A DNA stretch of 64,000 nucleotides from Deltaproteobacteria bacterium TL4 (GCA_051382335.1 JBBCAX010000121.1:1-64000); one strand, 5' to 3'; positions 19,487 to 29,030 are shown, counted from the first letter of the stretch. Numbers and translations: made by a program. The notes: generated by a model from the sequence alone, not told the origin.

Positions 19487-20823
19487 GTCTTCCGTCCTTT
19501 TGTGATGCCCTCTTCTAAAGGAATTCGTGCCAGCAGCAGGGAGCCTGCAATAAAAAAGGCAAGGATTAGTAAAAGGGCTAGTCGCCTTGACGCGAGAAGG
19601 TCAGCCGCAAATCCAAAGGTCATGCCAAGGATTGTTGCCGCACGAGAAAACATCCCCCAAAAACCGAACATTTCAGCAGAATACTCCTTTGGCGCAAGCA
19701 AGCCCACAACCGCACGGCTGGAACTTTGAGTCGCTCCAATCCCTGCACCAGCCACCAGGGAAACAAGGAAGAAAATGGTTTTGGGATCCGCAGAAAACAA
19801 GACGGAAAGGGGGGCAAGGAAAAAAATTCCGAGCACTCCCAGTATCCACCAAAATAAGGTTGCCATCACCGTCCATTTTGCGCCAATCTTGGACTCTAAC
19901 GCACCAAATCCAAGTGCGCCTCCCATGGCACTGAATTGAAGAATCAAAAACATTACGGTTAGATCCGCTGTGGAAAATTTGAGTTCCGCTGTGGCATAAA
20001 TCCCGACAAACTTGATGATTGCGTCAATTCCTGCCATATAAATGGTAAACGCAAACAAAAATTGAAATAGAATTTGATGATTTCGTGCAATGGAAAAGGA
20101 AGACTTTAAATGATCAACCCCTGCCTTGAACAATTGCGTCCAGTTCCAGGACTCAAAACCCGAGGCTGGTTTGGAACGTTCGCGGACTAAGCTGAAGGTG
20201 GGTAATGCGGCAATGAGGAAGAACGCTCCAATAGCCACCATCGCCCACTGGTTCTGCTGAATGTACAGTTCTGGTCGCTCTTCCGGGGTTGCGGTAATAA
20301 TTCCCATCACTAAGATTAAACTGGCCAACCCGCCCATGTAACCAATTCCCCAGCCGATTCCAGAAATAAAAGCCATATTCTTTTTGGTGGCCAGGTCGGT
20401 CAGAAAACTGGCGCAAAAACTTTCACTCAACATAAAGCCCGCAGTGCTGAATGTTAGCAGGATAATGCCCAAGATAACATGGCCTGGTTGCACCCATCCC
20501 AAAGCCGCTGTTGACAAGGCACAAAGCAATGTTGTCATCATCAAATAACGTTTTTTATGACCACTGCAGTCACATAAAACTCCAATAAAAGGAGAGATAA
20601 GCATCGTCAGCACGGTCGGAATGATGATGGCGATTGACCAATAGGAATCCTGCAAAACAGAACCTTTAGGCACAATATATTTTATAAAAAACGCGGAATA
20701 AATGACGGTAATAACAACGGTGGTATAACTTGAATTGGCAAAATCAAACATTGCCCAACCCAATATTTCTTTTTTTGTGACCGGAGGGTCGTCAGGATGA
20801 GATGTGATATTTTCTTGGAACAT
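19483..20823 (-). CDS. MFS transporter, UMF1/Atg22-like family
   Basis: GWAMFDFANS, ISGIGWGIGYMGG, GATQSSSRA, AEMFGFW; about 12 TM. Start ATG 20823 preferred. Confidence 0.88.
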   Translation of the reverse strand: MFQENITSHPDDPPVTKKEILGWAMFDFANSSYTTVVITVIYSAFFIKYIVPKGSVLQDSYWSIAIIIPTVLTMLISPFIGVLCDCSGHKKRYLMMTTLLCALSTAALGWVQPGHVILGIILLTFSTAGFMLSESFCASFLTDLATKKNMAFISGIGWGIGYMGGLASLILVMGIITATPEERPELYIQQNQWAMVAIGAFFLIAALPTFSLVRERSKPASGFESWNWTQLFKAGVDHLKSSFSIARNHQILFQFLFAFTIYMAGIDAIIKFVGIYATAELKFSTADLTVMFLILQFSAMGGALGFGALESKIGAKWTVMATLFWWILGVLGIFFLAPLSVLFSADPKTIFFLVSLVAGAGIGATQSSSRAVVGLLAPKEYSAEMFGFWGMFSRAATILGMTFGFAADLLASRRLALLLILAFFIAGSLLLARIPLEEGITKGRKT

Positions 20824-21026
20824 GGGGCATATCCGTGGATTTGAGCACACATTTGTGAATCGGTTTTGTGATCGGGAACGAGAGAAATGACAGGTAACTT
20901 CGCATGTTTGCTTTTCGAACGTTCCTTAAAGAAACTCTCAGGGATCAATCATTGCGTTTTGTTTCCTGGGAGGGTGGAGCTGATAGCAAAGCTGATTAAA
21001 TAATTTCTTAATATTCTAGCATAATC

Positions 21027-21482
21027 TTAATCGTCCTGTGAATAGGCGGTGGAGGGAAGCTTTTTTTGTTTGCTTTGGGATTGAAGCTCCATTTTCAAAT
21101 ATAATATTCCATTCGCAAGTTGGGCATCATAATGTTCCACAATCATGTCCTCAGGTAAAATAAATATGTATTCAAAACTTCCTCGTTTTCGCTTGTGTTC
21201 AATAAAAACCCCCTCATTCAAAGCGATAGGTGTTGGGAAATACCCTGAGATGATGATTTTTGATCGTGAAAGTTGAATATTGATATCGTTACGAAAAACA
21301 CCAGGTAACTCGATATCCAGATATAAGGTGTTGCCAATCACATAAAGGTCATAGATGGCATCGATATGCTTTTTTTCAAACTCTTGAAAGTCAAAGGTCC
21401 GTTGCTGAAATTCTGCCAACTTCTTATCTGAACGGCGTTTTCTTTCTAATAATTCGTCAAGCTCTTTCCATTCTTCTTTCAT
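21027..21482 (-). CDS. Small heat-shock protein (Hsp20/alpha-crystallin family)
   Basis: DLY...DIELPGV..DI.I......ISG...RGSF...F.LP...AQLANGILYL. Confidence 0.8.
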   Translation of the reverse strand: MKEEWKELDELLERKRRSDKKLAEFQQRTFDFQEFEKKHIDAIYDLYVIGNTLYLDIELPGVFRNDINIQLSRSKIIISGYFPTPIALNEGVFIEHKRKRGSFEYIFILPEDMIVEHYDAQLANGILYLKMELQSQSKQKKLPSTAYSQDD

Positions 21483-21541
21483 AGATACTCTCTGAAATGA
21501 TACAGTATGGGCGGTTACTGCAAAAAGTTTAAGGCTTCTAA

Positions 21542-21784
21542 GGAACGAGTCAAAAATAACTTACATAATTTTTATTTAGCTGGGACCGCAGTATAATTCC
21601 ATTTGCCCAGTTTCTGATCAAAAACAATTCTCATATCTGCTCTTCGCGTTCTTTTGAATAATGCAATTTGAACATCCTCGTCCTCCTAAAGGTAAAAATC
21701 ATAAAGTCTTTCAAGTTTCTTTCCAAATCGCATCATTCAAATCAATGGTGGTCAAATATATGTAAGTTATTTTTGACTCATTAC
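21542..21784 (-). mobile_element. Internally deleted ISAzo13-like element (MITE) retaining a transposase C-terminal remnant
   Basis: Perfect 21-bp inverted repeat GAGTCAAAAATAACTTACATA (21547-21567 / 21759-21779), 24/26 when extended. Flanks TAA/TGA. Minus strand reads MRIVFDQKLGKWNYTAVPAK*, like ISAzo13 transposase ends. Confidence 0.75.
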
Positions 21785-22000
21785 TGAGGATATTTGTGTA
21801 TCAATCCCCATTTGCTCTAGGCGTTTCCGTTCCGCACGACTCACGACTGCGTGGGAGTTCATGAACGCATACGCAATCCGGATGGTACCCCACCATGTTT
21901 TTTTGAATATCCCCATGTCTCCCCGTAGTAAAGAAGTATGACTACATATTCCATTACCAAATTGACAATTTAAACACAACACTACACTTCTCACATTGTT

Positions 22001-22123
22001 GGGGTTGCCTCTAAGTTCGGCCATTTTGACGGTAGCCCTGAGTTTCGTCCCAGGGGATACTGCGCACATTGTTCCTCGGGGCGAAACCCGAGGCTACCCC
22101 TGGCCGAAGTTAGACCCAACCCC
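22001..22123. mobile_element. 123-bp MITE (GGGGTTG...TTCGGCCA TIR family) carrying REP doublet family C
   Basis: 23-bp TIRs (20/23 match), 8-bp TSD ACATTGTT (21993-22000 / 22124-22131). Internal GTAGCCCTGAGTTTCGTCCCAGG ... CCTCGGGGCGAAACCCGAGGCTAC. Confidence 0.88.
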
Positions 22124-22131
22124 ACATTGTT

Positions 22132-22422
22132 ATGATCAAACGAACCAGCCGAATATCGTGGCGGTATCAGAAAGCATATCGGACGTTTGAAGGCGCAGTG
22201 AGCACTCGAACTGTGAGTGGGAAAAATCCATTTGCTTTACGCGAAGAATTGAGGCGGTTAGGGATACTTGAGGAATTGACAGATGCAGAGGCAGGGCAAC
22301 TCATGGAATACGAGGAGAAATATGCGGAGGAATCAATGGCTTTGATTCAGGAACGGGTTGCTGAATTACAAAAATACAAACATGACGCACTAGCCGATTT
22401 GCTTCAAAAATTACCACTGTAA
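22132..22422 (+). CDS. Hypothetical protein or gene fragment starting right after a MITE
   Basis: 96-aa helical ORF with no SD. The ATG abuts the MITE TSD. Confidence 0.35.
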   Translation: MIKRTSRISWRYQKAYRTFEGAVSTRTVSGKNPFALREELRRLGILEELTDAEAGQLMEYEEKYAEESMALIQERVAELQKYKHDALADLLQKLPL

Positions 22423-22538
22423 TGAGCAATCATATTCTTTCTTTTTTACCATTCCTCAAAAAGCCTTGATAATGCTGGCTTAGCTCGGATACTCTAATTG
22501 CTTAAAATAGCCGTTTTGAGCAATTAAAACGAATATAA

Positions 22539-22683
22539 TGAACGCTCAAAAAATAACTTCACAAACTTCCAGTCAGGGGTGGTTGGAGAGAGCGTAGCGA
22601 AACCCAACAGATTCCGGGCGGTTTGTTGGGTTTCGCTATGCTCTACCCAACCTACGTTTTTCTGTTAATTCTTTTCACGATCC
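22539..22683. mobile_element. Degenerate ISAzo13-like MITE carrying REP doublet family D
   Basis: Ends TGAACGCTCAAAAAATAACTT / GTTAATTCTTTTCACGATCC, flanked by TAA on both sides. Internal REP GTAGGTTGGGTAGAGCATAGCGAAACCCAACA (minus, 22624-22655) plus a degenerate forward copy. Confidence 0.65.
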
Positions 22684-22693
22684 TAATGAATTT

Positions 22694-22945
22694 ATGACAT
22701 TACCCAACAGCTATGATGGTGACGAACTCATAAGTCGCATTGAAAATTTAAGTTATGAGGAAATTAAGCTGAAACTTCAAAAAGAAGTTTCAGCTGTTGA
22801 AAAAACACTGAACGCCAAACGAGGTGCTCCTAAAGCAAGAAAAAAAGGAGCGGAGCAGTATGCTCGATTTATTAAAGGCACCATTTTTTGTTTGAGTCAA
22901 AAAACGGTCTTTGATTTACCACCTGGTTTGGGTTTTGTTCCGTAG
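22694..22945 (+). pseudogene. Truncated hypothetical gene whose 3' end and stop codon come from a MITE
   Basis: The last ~16 codons lie in the MITE copy at 22896-23029; the stop TAG is part of the REP GTAG. Confidence 0.45.
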
Positions 22946-23029
22946 GGGCAGACCTGTGTGTCTGCCCGGGATCAGGGTGAACACACAGGTTCGCCCCTAC
23001 AATTTGTGGCCGAAAATGTGACCAACCCC
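22896..23029 (-). mobile_element. One-ended copy of the 32899-33058 MITE with REP doublet family E
   Basis: Near-identical reverse complement of 32899-33032 (one substitution seen). One TIR at 23007-23029; the other is missing. Confidence 0.88.
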
Positions 23030-23442
23030 AATTCATTTATTAAAAAATCATTTATTTCGTGTTTTTCGTGATTAATTTTCAAACCACCTGCACAGCTCGA
23101 AATTTTTGAAGTTCCCAGTGGTTTTTGTGCGTGCTCTTTTCCACAGATACGGCAACTGAAATAAACCTGGTCCAATTCACAGTTGCGCATGTGATGAACT
23201 TCGTATAAACGGCGTTTTCCCATGTTTTCAACTTTTGACGCAATCTGATTGGTGACAAAGTCTTCCAGGATTCGATAAACCATAACCTCATTTGTCTCAC
23301 TCTCCTCCTTCAATGCCACAATGATTTCCTGGGCAGATGCTGGACCTGCCTTATTCACCAGGTAGTGCAGGATTGCCAAGCGTGCGGAAGTATTATTAAT
23401 GCCTCTTTCGCGTGAGACCGGAGGGAATTCTTTTTCTTTCAT
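22972..23442 (-). CDS. Fur-family transcriptional regulator with a repeat-derived C-terminus (possibly a pseudogene)
   Basis: G...T.ARLAIL..L.....SAQEI...VYRILEDF...YE...FSCRICGK. Sequence below ~23105 is dispersed-repeat and MITE DNA. Confidence 0.7.
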   Translation of the reverse strand: MKEKEFPPVSRERGINNTSARLAILHYLVNKAGPASAQEIIVALKEESETNEVMVYRILEDFVTNQIASKVENMGKRRLYEVHHMRNCELDQVYFSCRICGKEHAQKPLGTSKISSCAGGLKINHEKHEINDFLINELGLVTFSATNCRGEPVCSP

Positions 23443-23488
23443 AACCTTATCTCGGATGGATATTCAACGCTCAGCGGATCCTGCCCCA

Positions 23489-25063
23489 TCAATGTTTGTG
23501 ATTAAGCCGTTCATACATGGATTTATTATTTTTGTAACTATTCATAAACTCCCGATAGAGTTCGTCATAAATCTCCCTGTTTTGAGGATTTGGCACAAAA
23601 GTCTCATCATACTGAATGTATTGAGCGATATCATCAAAAGTGAACTTTCCCAAGGCGGTGGCTCCTAACCATGCGGCTCCGCGAGGACCGGCATTGGCCG
23701 GGTCTTTGACTTGACGAATACTACAATTGAGAATATCCGCAAAAATCTGACACCATAATTTTGAGCGACAGCCGCCGCCAATAGCGTTAAGGGCCTTGGT
23801 TTTTTTCTTGGTGTATTTTTCAACACCCTTCAAGAGCGTTTTAAGGTTATACCCCACACCTTCAAAAACGGCCCTGGCCAGATCTTCACGAGTGGTATGC
23901 AGCGACCAATTAAAAAACCCTCCTCTGACGGTGTCATCTTCCATAGGAGTCCGCTCTCCCGCAAGCCAGGGGGTAAAGATTAACTTGTTGCTTCCTGGCG
24001 GAGCGTTGGTTGCCCAGGTATTGACTTGATCAAAAAAATCATCGGGTACTTCTGAGCCTGGATAGAGAATTTTATCTCGTAAATGCCGCCAACATTCTCC
24101 TGCCGTTTTATTTTCATTGAGCAATAAATATTTCCCTGGAATACCTGAGGGGAAACTTCCCATATTCATGGAGATATCAACTTTTTTGTAAGGGACATGA
24201 CACTGAATCCAACTTGAGGTGCCCACACACAGAAAACTTTCATAATCTTTCACCGCGCCAGCACCAATAGCTGAAACGGAGGTGTCTGACGCTCCGCCAA
24301 TTACTTGGGTTTTTGGACTGAGCCCTAACTCCTTGGCCACCTCCTGTTTTAACGTTCCTAAAACATCGGTGGAAGCAATCAAGTCTGGCAGTTTTTCACG
24401 CTCCAGGCCGACCATTTTGAGCATCTTGAAATCATACTTGACGTTGTTAATATTCCGATTATCGGTAGCCCAATATAAAACAATGGTGTCAGGCGTGGAC
24501 GCGAATTTGCCCGTTAAACGAAAATTTAAAAAATCTTTAGGCTCTAAAAATTTGTAAGTCGCCTCATAAATTTCAGGATACTTGTGTTTGATGTATAAAA
24601 CATGAGAAATGGAATCGGTGCCTGATTTTCCTGGCGCTCCACCCGTTTTCTTCAGCCAGTGATATAAGCGATGAGGATGATAGCCTTCAATATTCAGAGC
24701 GCTTCCTATGAGCTTATGAGTATAGGGGGCCCCTCGTGAATCTTGCCACGTTAACGCGTTCATCAAAGGCAGGCCCTCTTTGCTCACAGGAACGGTTGTG
24801 GACCATTGCGCGCCGATGGAAATACATAAAATATCATCAACAGGCACTGCGGCTTTGCTAAGTAAATGCGTCACAGAAGATTTGAAGCCTGTCCACCAAT
24901 CTTCAGCATTTTGCTCAGCGCCTCCACCAGGCAGATAAGTGGTTTTGACTTCTTCACTGTACCGTTCAACAACTTCCCCATAAAGGGTGACCAGACACAC
25001 TCTGGGACCCGAAGTTCCTAAATCAACGGCTAACACATATTTGTCTTTTTTCATAATCCCCAT
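23489..25063 (-). CDS. FGGY-family kinase (xylulokinase-like)
   Basis: AVDLGTSG, AEQ..EDWW, TWQDSR, PKDFL.FRLTG, GTSSW, PWLAGERTP, RAVFEG, GGG.RS.LWCQIFAD. Confidence 0.9.
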   Translation of the reverse strand: MGIMKKDKYVLAVDLGTSGPRVCLVTLYGEVVERYSEEVKTTYLPGGGAEQNAEDWWTGFKSSVTHLLSKAAVPVDDILCISIGAQWSTTVPVSKEGLPLMNALTWQDSRGAPYTHKLIGSALNIEGYHPHRLYHWLKKTGGAPGKSGTDSISHVLYIKHKYPEIYEATYKFLEPKDFLNFRLTGKFASTPDTIVLYWATDNRNINNVKYDFKMLKMVGLEREKLPDLIASTDVLGTLKQEVAKELGLSPKTQVIGGASDTSVSAIGAGAVKDYESFLCVGTSSWIQCHVPYKKVDISMNMGSFPSGIPGKYLLLNENKTAGECWRHLRDKILYPGSEVPDDFFDQVNTWATNAPPGSNKLIFTPWLAGERTPMEDDTVRGGFFNWSLHTTREDLARAVFEGVGYNLKTLLKGVEKYTKKKTKALNAIGGGCRSKLWCQIFADILNCSIRQVKDPANAGPRGAAWLGATALGKFTFDDIAQYIQYDETFVPNPQNREIYDELYREFMNSYKNNKSMYERLNHKH

Positions 25064-25071
25064 CCTTTCGG

Positions 25072-26610
25072 CTATTCTTTGACTTGATACAACGTATCCA
25101 TAATCCGATCCAACACGTCCCCAATCACACTTCCCGCGGCAAAGGGAAGGGTGTTCGCGATACCATAAATCGGAGCCGTTCCCGTTTTGATTTTAGGAGA
25201 CATCCGAACTTGAGCCACACTTTCCCTTAAGTCCTTGATGAACCGTTCCGTAACGCCAGGTTGAGCGTGTCTCAAGGTCAGACTGAAGTGGATTCCGGGC
25301 GGACGAAAAATTCCGGTAAGACTCCACCCTTTTTCAATCATGAATTCCAAAACCTGATAAATATCCACCTCCTTGTTTTTGGAACCGATTCCGATGACAC
25401 AGAGCGGTTCTCCCATGACATAAAGATCCTCTGAGTCGTTCACCGCTTTTTTGATTTGATCTACGGCCTTTAGAATTTTGTCTGTCGCTGCCAGATAACC
25501 CGATTCTCCCATATAGGTCAAAGCGGCCCAACATGCAACACTTAATCCCCCTGGACGACTGCCCGTCACACTGGGCGAAAAGTAGAGTCCACCACACCAA
25601 TCCGGTTGTTTGAAATATTGATATCGTCGAAGCGCCAAACCCCGGTATAAAACCACCGAAGTTCCCTTGGGCGCATAACCATATTTGTGGGTGTCAGCGG
25701 ACATGGAGGTCACTCCCGGCAACGCAAAGTCAAACTCGGGCACAGGACGTCCCAAACGTTTGGCCCAGGGTAGAAAAAAGCCTCCCAAACAGGAGTCGGT
25801 ATGAAAACCGATTTTCCGCTTCCGCGCCATTTCTGAAAGCTCTTCAATCGGGTCAATCGCTCCTTGAGGATAGTTGGGAGCAGAGCCGACCATGACGATC
25901 GTGTTGGAAGTGATCGCCCGTTTCATTTTGCGAACATCCGCTTTAAAATCGTGGCCTACGGGAACCGTTATTTTTTTAATATTAAAATAATGTGCCGCTT
26001 TGGAAAAAGCGGGATGCGCAGTGGCGGGAATCACCATTTCAGGGCGTGTGATGCCTCTTTCCACCCGAGCGTAATCCCGGTAGGATTTCATCGCCATCAG
26101 GATACTTTCGGAACCTCCTGAGGTCACCGTTCCACAAATCGGCTCAGAGGTTCTGGCCGCGCCAAGCATCGTTGCCGTCATCGAAACGATTTCTGCCTCA
26201 AATTTTGCGGTACTTGGCCAAATATCAAAATGCAATTGATTGCACTGCGAGCCTAATGCATAAACTTTATTCATAAAATCAATGTGCTCCTGATCTCCGT
26301 GATAAACCGAGCCGGAAGCATAACCTTGCTCCCACTTGGGCGCTTCCTTGTGATGCAAGGCTTCAATTTCTTTTAATATGGTATCCTTCGCGATCCCTGA
26401 GGCAGGCAGTCTGGAAAAAGCAGGCGCCTCCTTGTAAGGTCGAATGGAATCTTCCATGGACGCAATGATTTTTTTGTACTCTTTTTCCAAAGTTTCCTGA
26501 ATCAACGGGATCTGTTTCAAATATCGTTCAACAGGCAGCACCTGCAGGATTTTTTCGAGGGCTACTAATAATTTACGATCCATATTTTCAAAAACTTCCA
26601 TTAAATCCAT
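25072..26610 (-). CDS. Sphingosine-1-phosphate lyase-like PLP-dependent enzyme
   Basis: SGSVYHG, FEAEIV, TSGGSESILMA, AHPAF.KA, HTDSCLGGF, SADTHKYGYAPKG (PLP Lys), GSRPGG. ATG 26610 follows GGAG. Confidence 0.85.
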   Translation of the reverse strand: MDLMEVFENMDRKLLVALEKILQVLPVERYLKQIPLIQETLEKEYKKIIASMEDSIRPYKEAPAFSRLPASGIAKDTILKEIEALHHKEAPKWEQGYASGSVYHGDQEHIDFMNKVYALGSQCNQLHFDIWPSTAKFEAEIVSMTATMLGAARTSEPICGTVTSGGSESILMAMKSYRDYARVERGITRPEMVIPATAHPAFSKAAHYFNIKKITVPVGHDFKADVRKMKRAITSNTIVMVGSAPNYPQGAIDPIEELSEMARKRKIGFHTDSCLGGFFLPWAKRLGRPVPEFDFALPGVTSMSADTHKYGYAPKGTSVVLYRGLALRRYQYFKQPDWCGGLYFSPSVTGSRPGGLSVACWAALTYMGESGYLAATDKILKAVDQIKKAVNDSEDLYVMGEPLCVIGIGSKNKEVDIYQVLEFMIEKGWSLTGIFRPPGIHFSLTLRHAQPGVTERFIKDLRESVAQVRMSPKIKTGTAPIYGIANTLPFAAGSVIGDVLDRIMDTLYQVKE

Positions 26611-26695
26611 AAGGACTCCTTTCAATCAATTATAACGAAGTTGCTCCCCGCTTGAACGCTATCGCGCTACATGAGGATTATTCATCGGTCTCACC

Positions 26696-28042
26696 CTATC
26701 GCCCTTGGCCGAATAAAATATGACGAATGGTTTTGGCCAGGATGATCAAATCGAGCAGTAATGACAAGTTTCGCATATAAAACAAATCATACTGTAATTT
26801 CTGCCGCGTGGTTACTAAAGAATCCGCATATCTCATTTTGACTTGGGCCCAGCCTGTGATGCCAGGTTTTACAAAATGTCTGAGTTCATAATAGGGCAGT
26901 TCTTTTTCCATTTCCGCAATCATTTCCCGTCGTTCGGGTCGAGGCCCCACAAGCGACATATTGCCTTTAAGAACATTCCATAGCTGCGGGAGTTCATCCA
27001 GGTGAACTTTCCGCATCCATTGTCCCCAGGCAGAAGCCCGGTGATCCTTTACAGACGCCCAGCTAGGTCCTTCCTCATGTTCGGCTTTGGGAATCATCGT
27101 GCGGAATTTATAAATTCTGAATTCCCGGCCATTCAAGCCAACTCGCATTTGAGAATAGAACAAGGGACCCGGATTATAGCGAGAATTGAGGAACCACACC
27201 AAAATGGCAACAAAACTGAGGATTAAAAAGCCCAAGGCACTCAAACCCAAATCAAATATCCGTTTGATATGTCTCCGTATGGGCGAACTGTTAAAAACAA
27301 AACCATCAGAAAATAAAAGCCAGCGTTCATTGACATACTCCAACGGGATATAATCCGCGAATTGTTGACACATGTCGGAATAACTGAATATTTTAAGGCC
27401 TCTTAACTTCAAGCGTAGCAATTCTGTTTCAAGCGCAGGCGGTAATTGGTTTCTGGAACTGAGACAAACCCATTCGATTTTATGCAGACTGATGAGGATC
27501 TGAATGGATTGTTCCAAACGGAGGGGACTCCATAAATCAAATTTTTCATTTTTCTGTTGGAAGGATAGGAATCCGATCACCTCAAAATCGGAACGATGGT
27601 TAAAGAACTGATAGGCCCAATCCAACTCCTCGCCCTCTCCAACCACCAAGGTTCTTCTTGGATAACTGGCTTTGGCCTGTCCCCAACTTAGAAAAACACG
27701 GGTTACGGACAAGTAGAGGATCCCGATCAAAAGTGAAAACGCGACACCCGCCAGTGAGAAGGTCAGATCAAAGAGCCGAAAAAGGAAAGGTTGAATCACA
27801 TGAAAAATAATACAAGCCAAGGCCACTAAGGGAAGGCGTTGCCACGTTCTGTCCTGATCCGTCAGAAGATAAGTATCCAAGGCATAAAGGGTACTGATGA
27901 GAAGGCTTAGCAGCAGAGGGACCAGTATCAGGGCATTGTTCCCCCAGAATCCGTGTTCAAAAATCCGCTGAGCCCACCAAACTTCAAAAACAAAGAGCAC
28001 ATCTAACACAATTAATATCGTTGAAAAATAACGTGGATACAC
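26696..28042 (-). CDS. Polyprenyl glycosylphosphotransferase (WcaJ/WbaP-type sugar transferase)
   Basis: N-terminal TMs, KRIFD, YKFRTM, LDELPQLWNVLKGNMSLVGPRPE, KPGITGWAQV, KLQYDLFY. Confidence 0.92.
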   Translation of the reverse strand: MYPRYFSTILIVLDVLFVFEVWWAQRIFEHGFWGNNALILVPLLLSLLISTLYALDTYLLTDQDRTWQRLPLVALACIIFHVIQPFLFRLFDLTFSLAGVAFSLLIGILYLSVTRVFLSWGQAKASYPRRTLVVGEGEELDWAYQFFNHRSDFEVIGFLSFQQKNEKFDLWSPLRLEQSIQILISLHKIEWVCLSSRNQLPPALETELLRLKLRGLKIFSYSDMCQQFADYIPLEYVNERWLLFSDGFVFNSSPIRRHIKRIFDLGLSALGFLILSFVAILVWFLNSRYNPGPLFYSQMRVGLNGREFRIYKFRTMIPKAEHEEGPSWASVKDHRASAWGQWMRKVHLDELPQLWNVLKGNMSLVGPRPERREMIAEMEKELPYYELRHFVKPGITGWAQVKMRYADSLVTTRQKLQYDLFYMRNLSLLLDLIILAKTIRHILFGQGR

Positions 28043-28250
28043 AACAACTCCCTTAAGTTTTTTTACACCTGTTTGTGATCAGAAACGCTCAGCCGCATGA
28101 CAGCAAACCCGGAAACTCCCCTTATGGGGTGGCCTGTAAGGCAGGCGCAATGTTTTCTAGCAGGAACCTCTTTTCTTTGCAATAGAAAGCTTGTTTTATT
28201 CCCAAACCTCGAAACCCGCACCTGCTGGACCTGAATTCTTCGCTGTAAAA

Positions 28251-29030
28251 CTAAAGCACACGTCTCAGGGAATAATAGATATAGCTGCTTAAATAAAAAT
28301 ATTTTTTCAATCCGATAGGGGCACCCTTCACAGGATATCTGGAATACATCTGATAGTTTGCTTTGAGCATCTGGAATTTGGAATGGGAGAAGCCCTGCTT
28401 GGTTACTCTGTAATACAACAACGGGAGCATAATTTTGAAGCTATGAGCCAGGTGATGCTGATGAAGATTCAACCAGCATTGATAGTCCTCAACCCACCGG
28501 TAGTCTTCCCTAAAAACAACATAGGGCAACAAACGTCTCGAAAACATCACACTGGAGTTTGGAATGATGTTTTTTAATAACAAGCGACGATGATCGATCA
28601 AAATCACGGGTAACTCATGGTTCTCAATCTTAAGCGGATTGACAGGTGCCGTTTTTTTAAATCGCTGTAACGTGGTGCTGCAAAAATCAGAATGATGTTC
28701 CCGCATCAATTGAAGTTGAACTTCCAGCTTCTGCGGATGCCATAAGTCATCCGCATCCAGAAACGCGATATAATCCCCTCGGGTCTGCTGAAGTCCTGTG
28801 TTGCGGGGGACCGCCGGTGAAGCCGAGTTGGACTTTAAGCAGATCAGCGAAAGACGTGAATCTTTTTGGGCCAGTTCTGTCAAAAGTTCAACTGAATTAT
28901 CGGTGGACCCATCATCCACAATGAGCATTTCCCAATGAGGATAGGTTTGAGACTGAACCGACTCCACCGTTTGTTGAAGGTATTTTGCGGCATTGTATGC
29001 GGGAATTACAATTGAAACAAGAGCTTCCAT
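28251..29030 (-). CDS. Glycosyltransferase family 2 (TuaG-like)
   Basis: VSIVIPAYN, VDDGSTD, RNTGL, AFLDADDLW.PQKL, EDY..WL. Confidence 0.9.
   Translation of the reverse strand: MEALVSIVIPAYNAAKYLQQTVESVQSQTYPHWEMLIVDDGSTDNSVELLTELAQKDSRLSLICLKSNSASPAVPRNTGLQQTRGDYIAFLDADDLWHPQKLEVQLQLMREHHSDFCSTTLQRFKKTAPVNPLKIENHELPVILIDHRRLLLKNIIPNSSVMFSRRLLPYVVFREDYRWVEDYQCWLNLHQHHLAHSFKIMLPLLYYRVTKQGFSHSKFQMLKANYQMYSRYPVKGAPIGLKKYFYLSSYIYYSLRRVL

Noticed and set aside
28085..28150. Possible c-di-GMP-I riboswitch near the sugar transferase
   Set aside because: GCAAACCCGGAAAC is only a partial resemblance, lies on the strand opposite the gene, and lacks the P2/P3 consensus.
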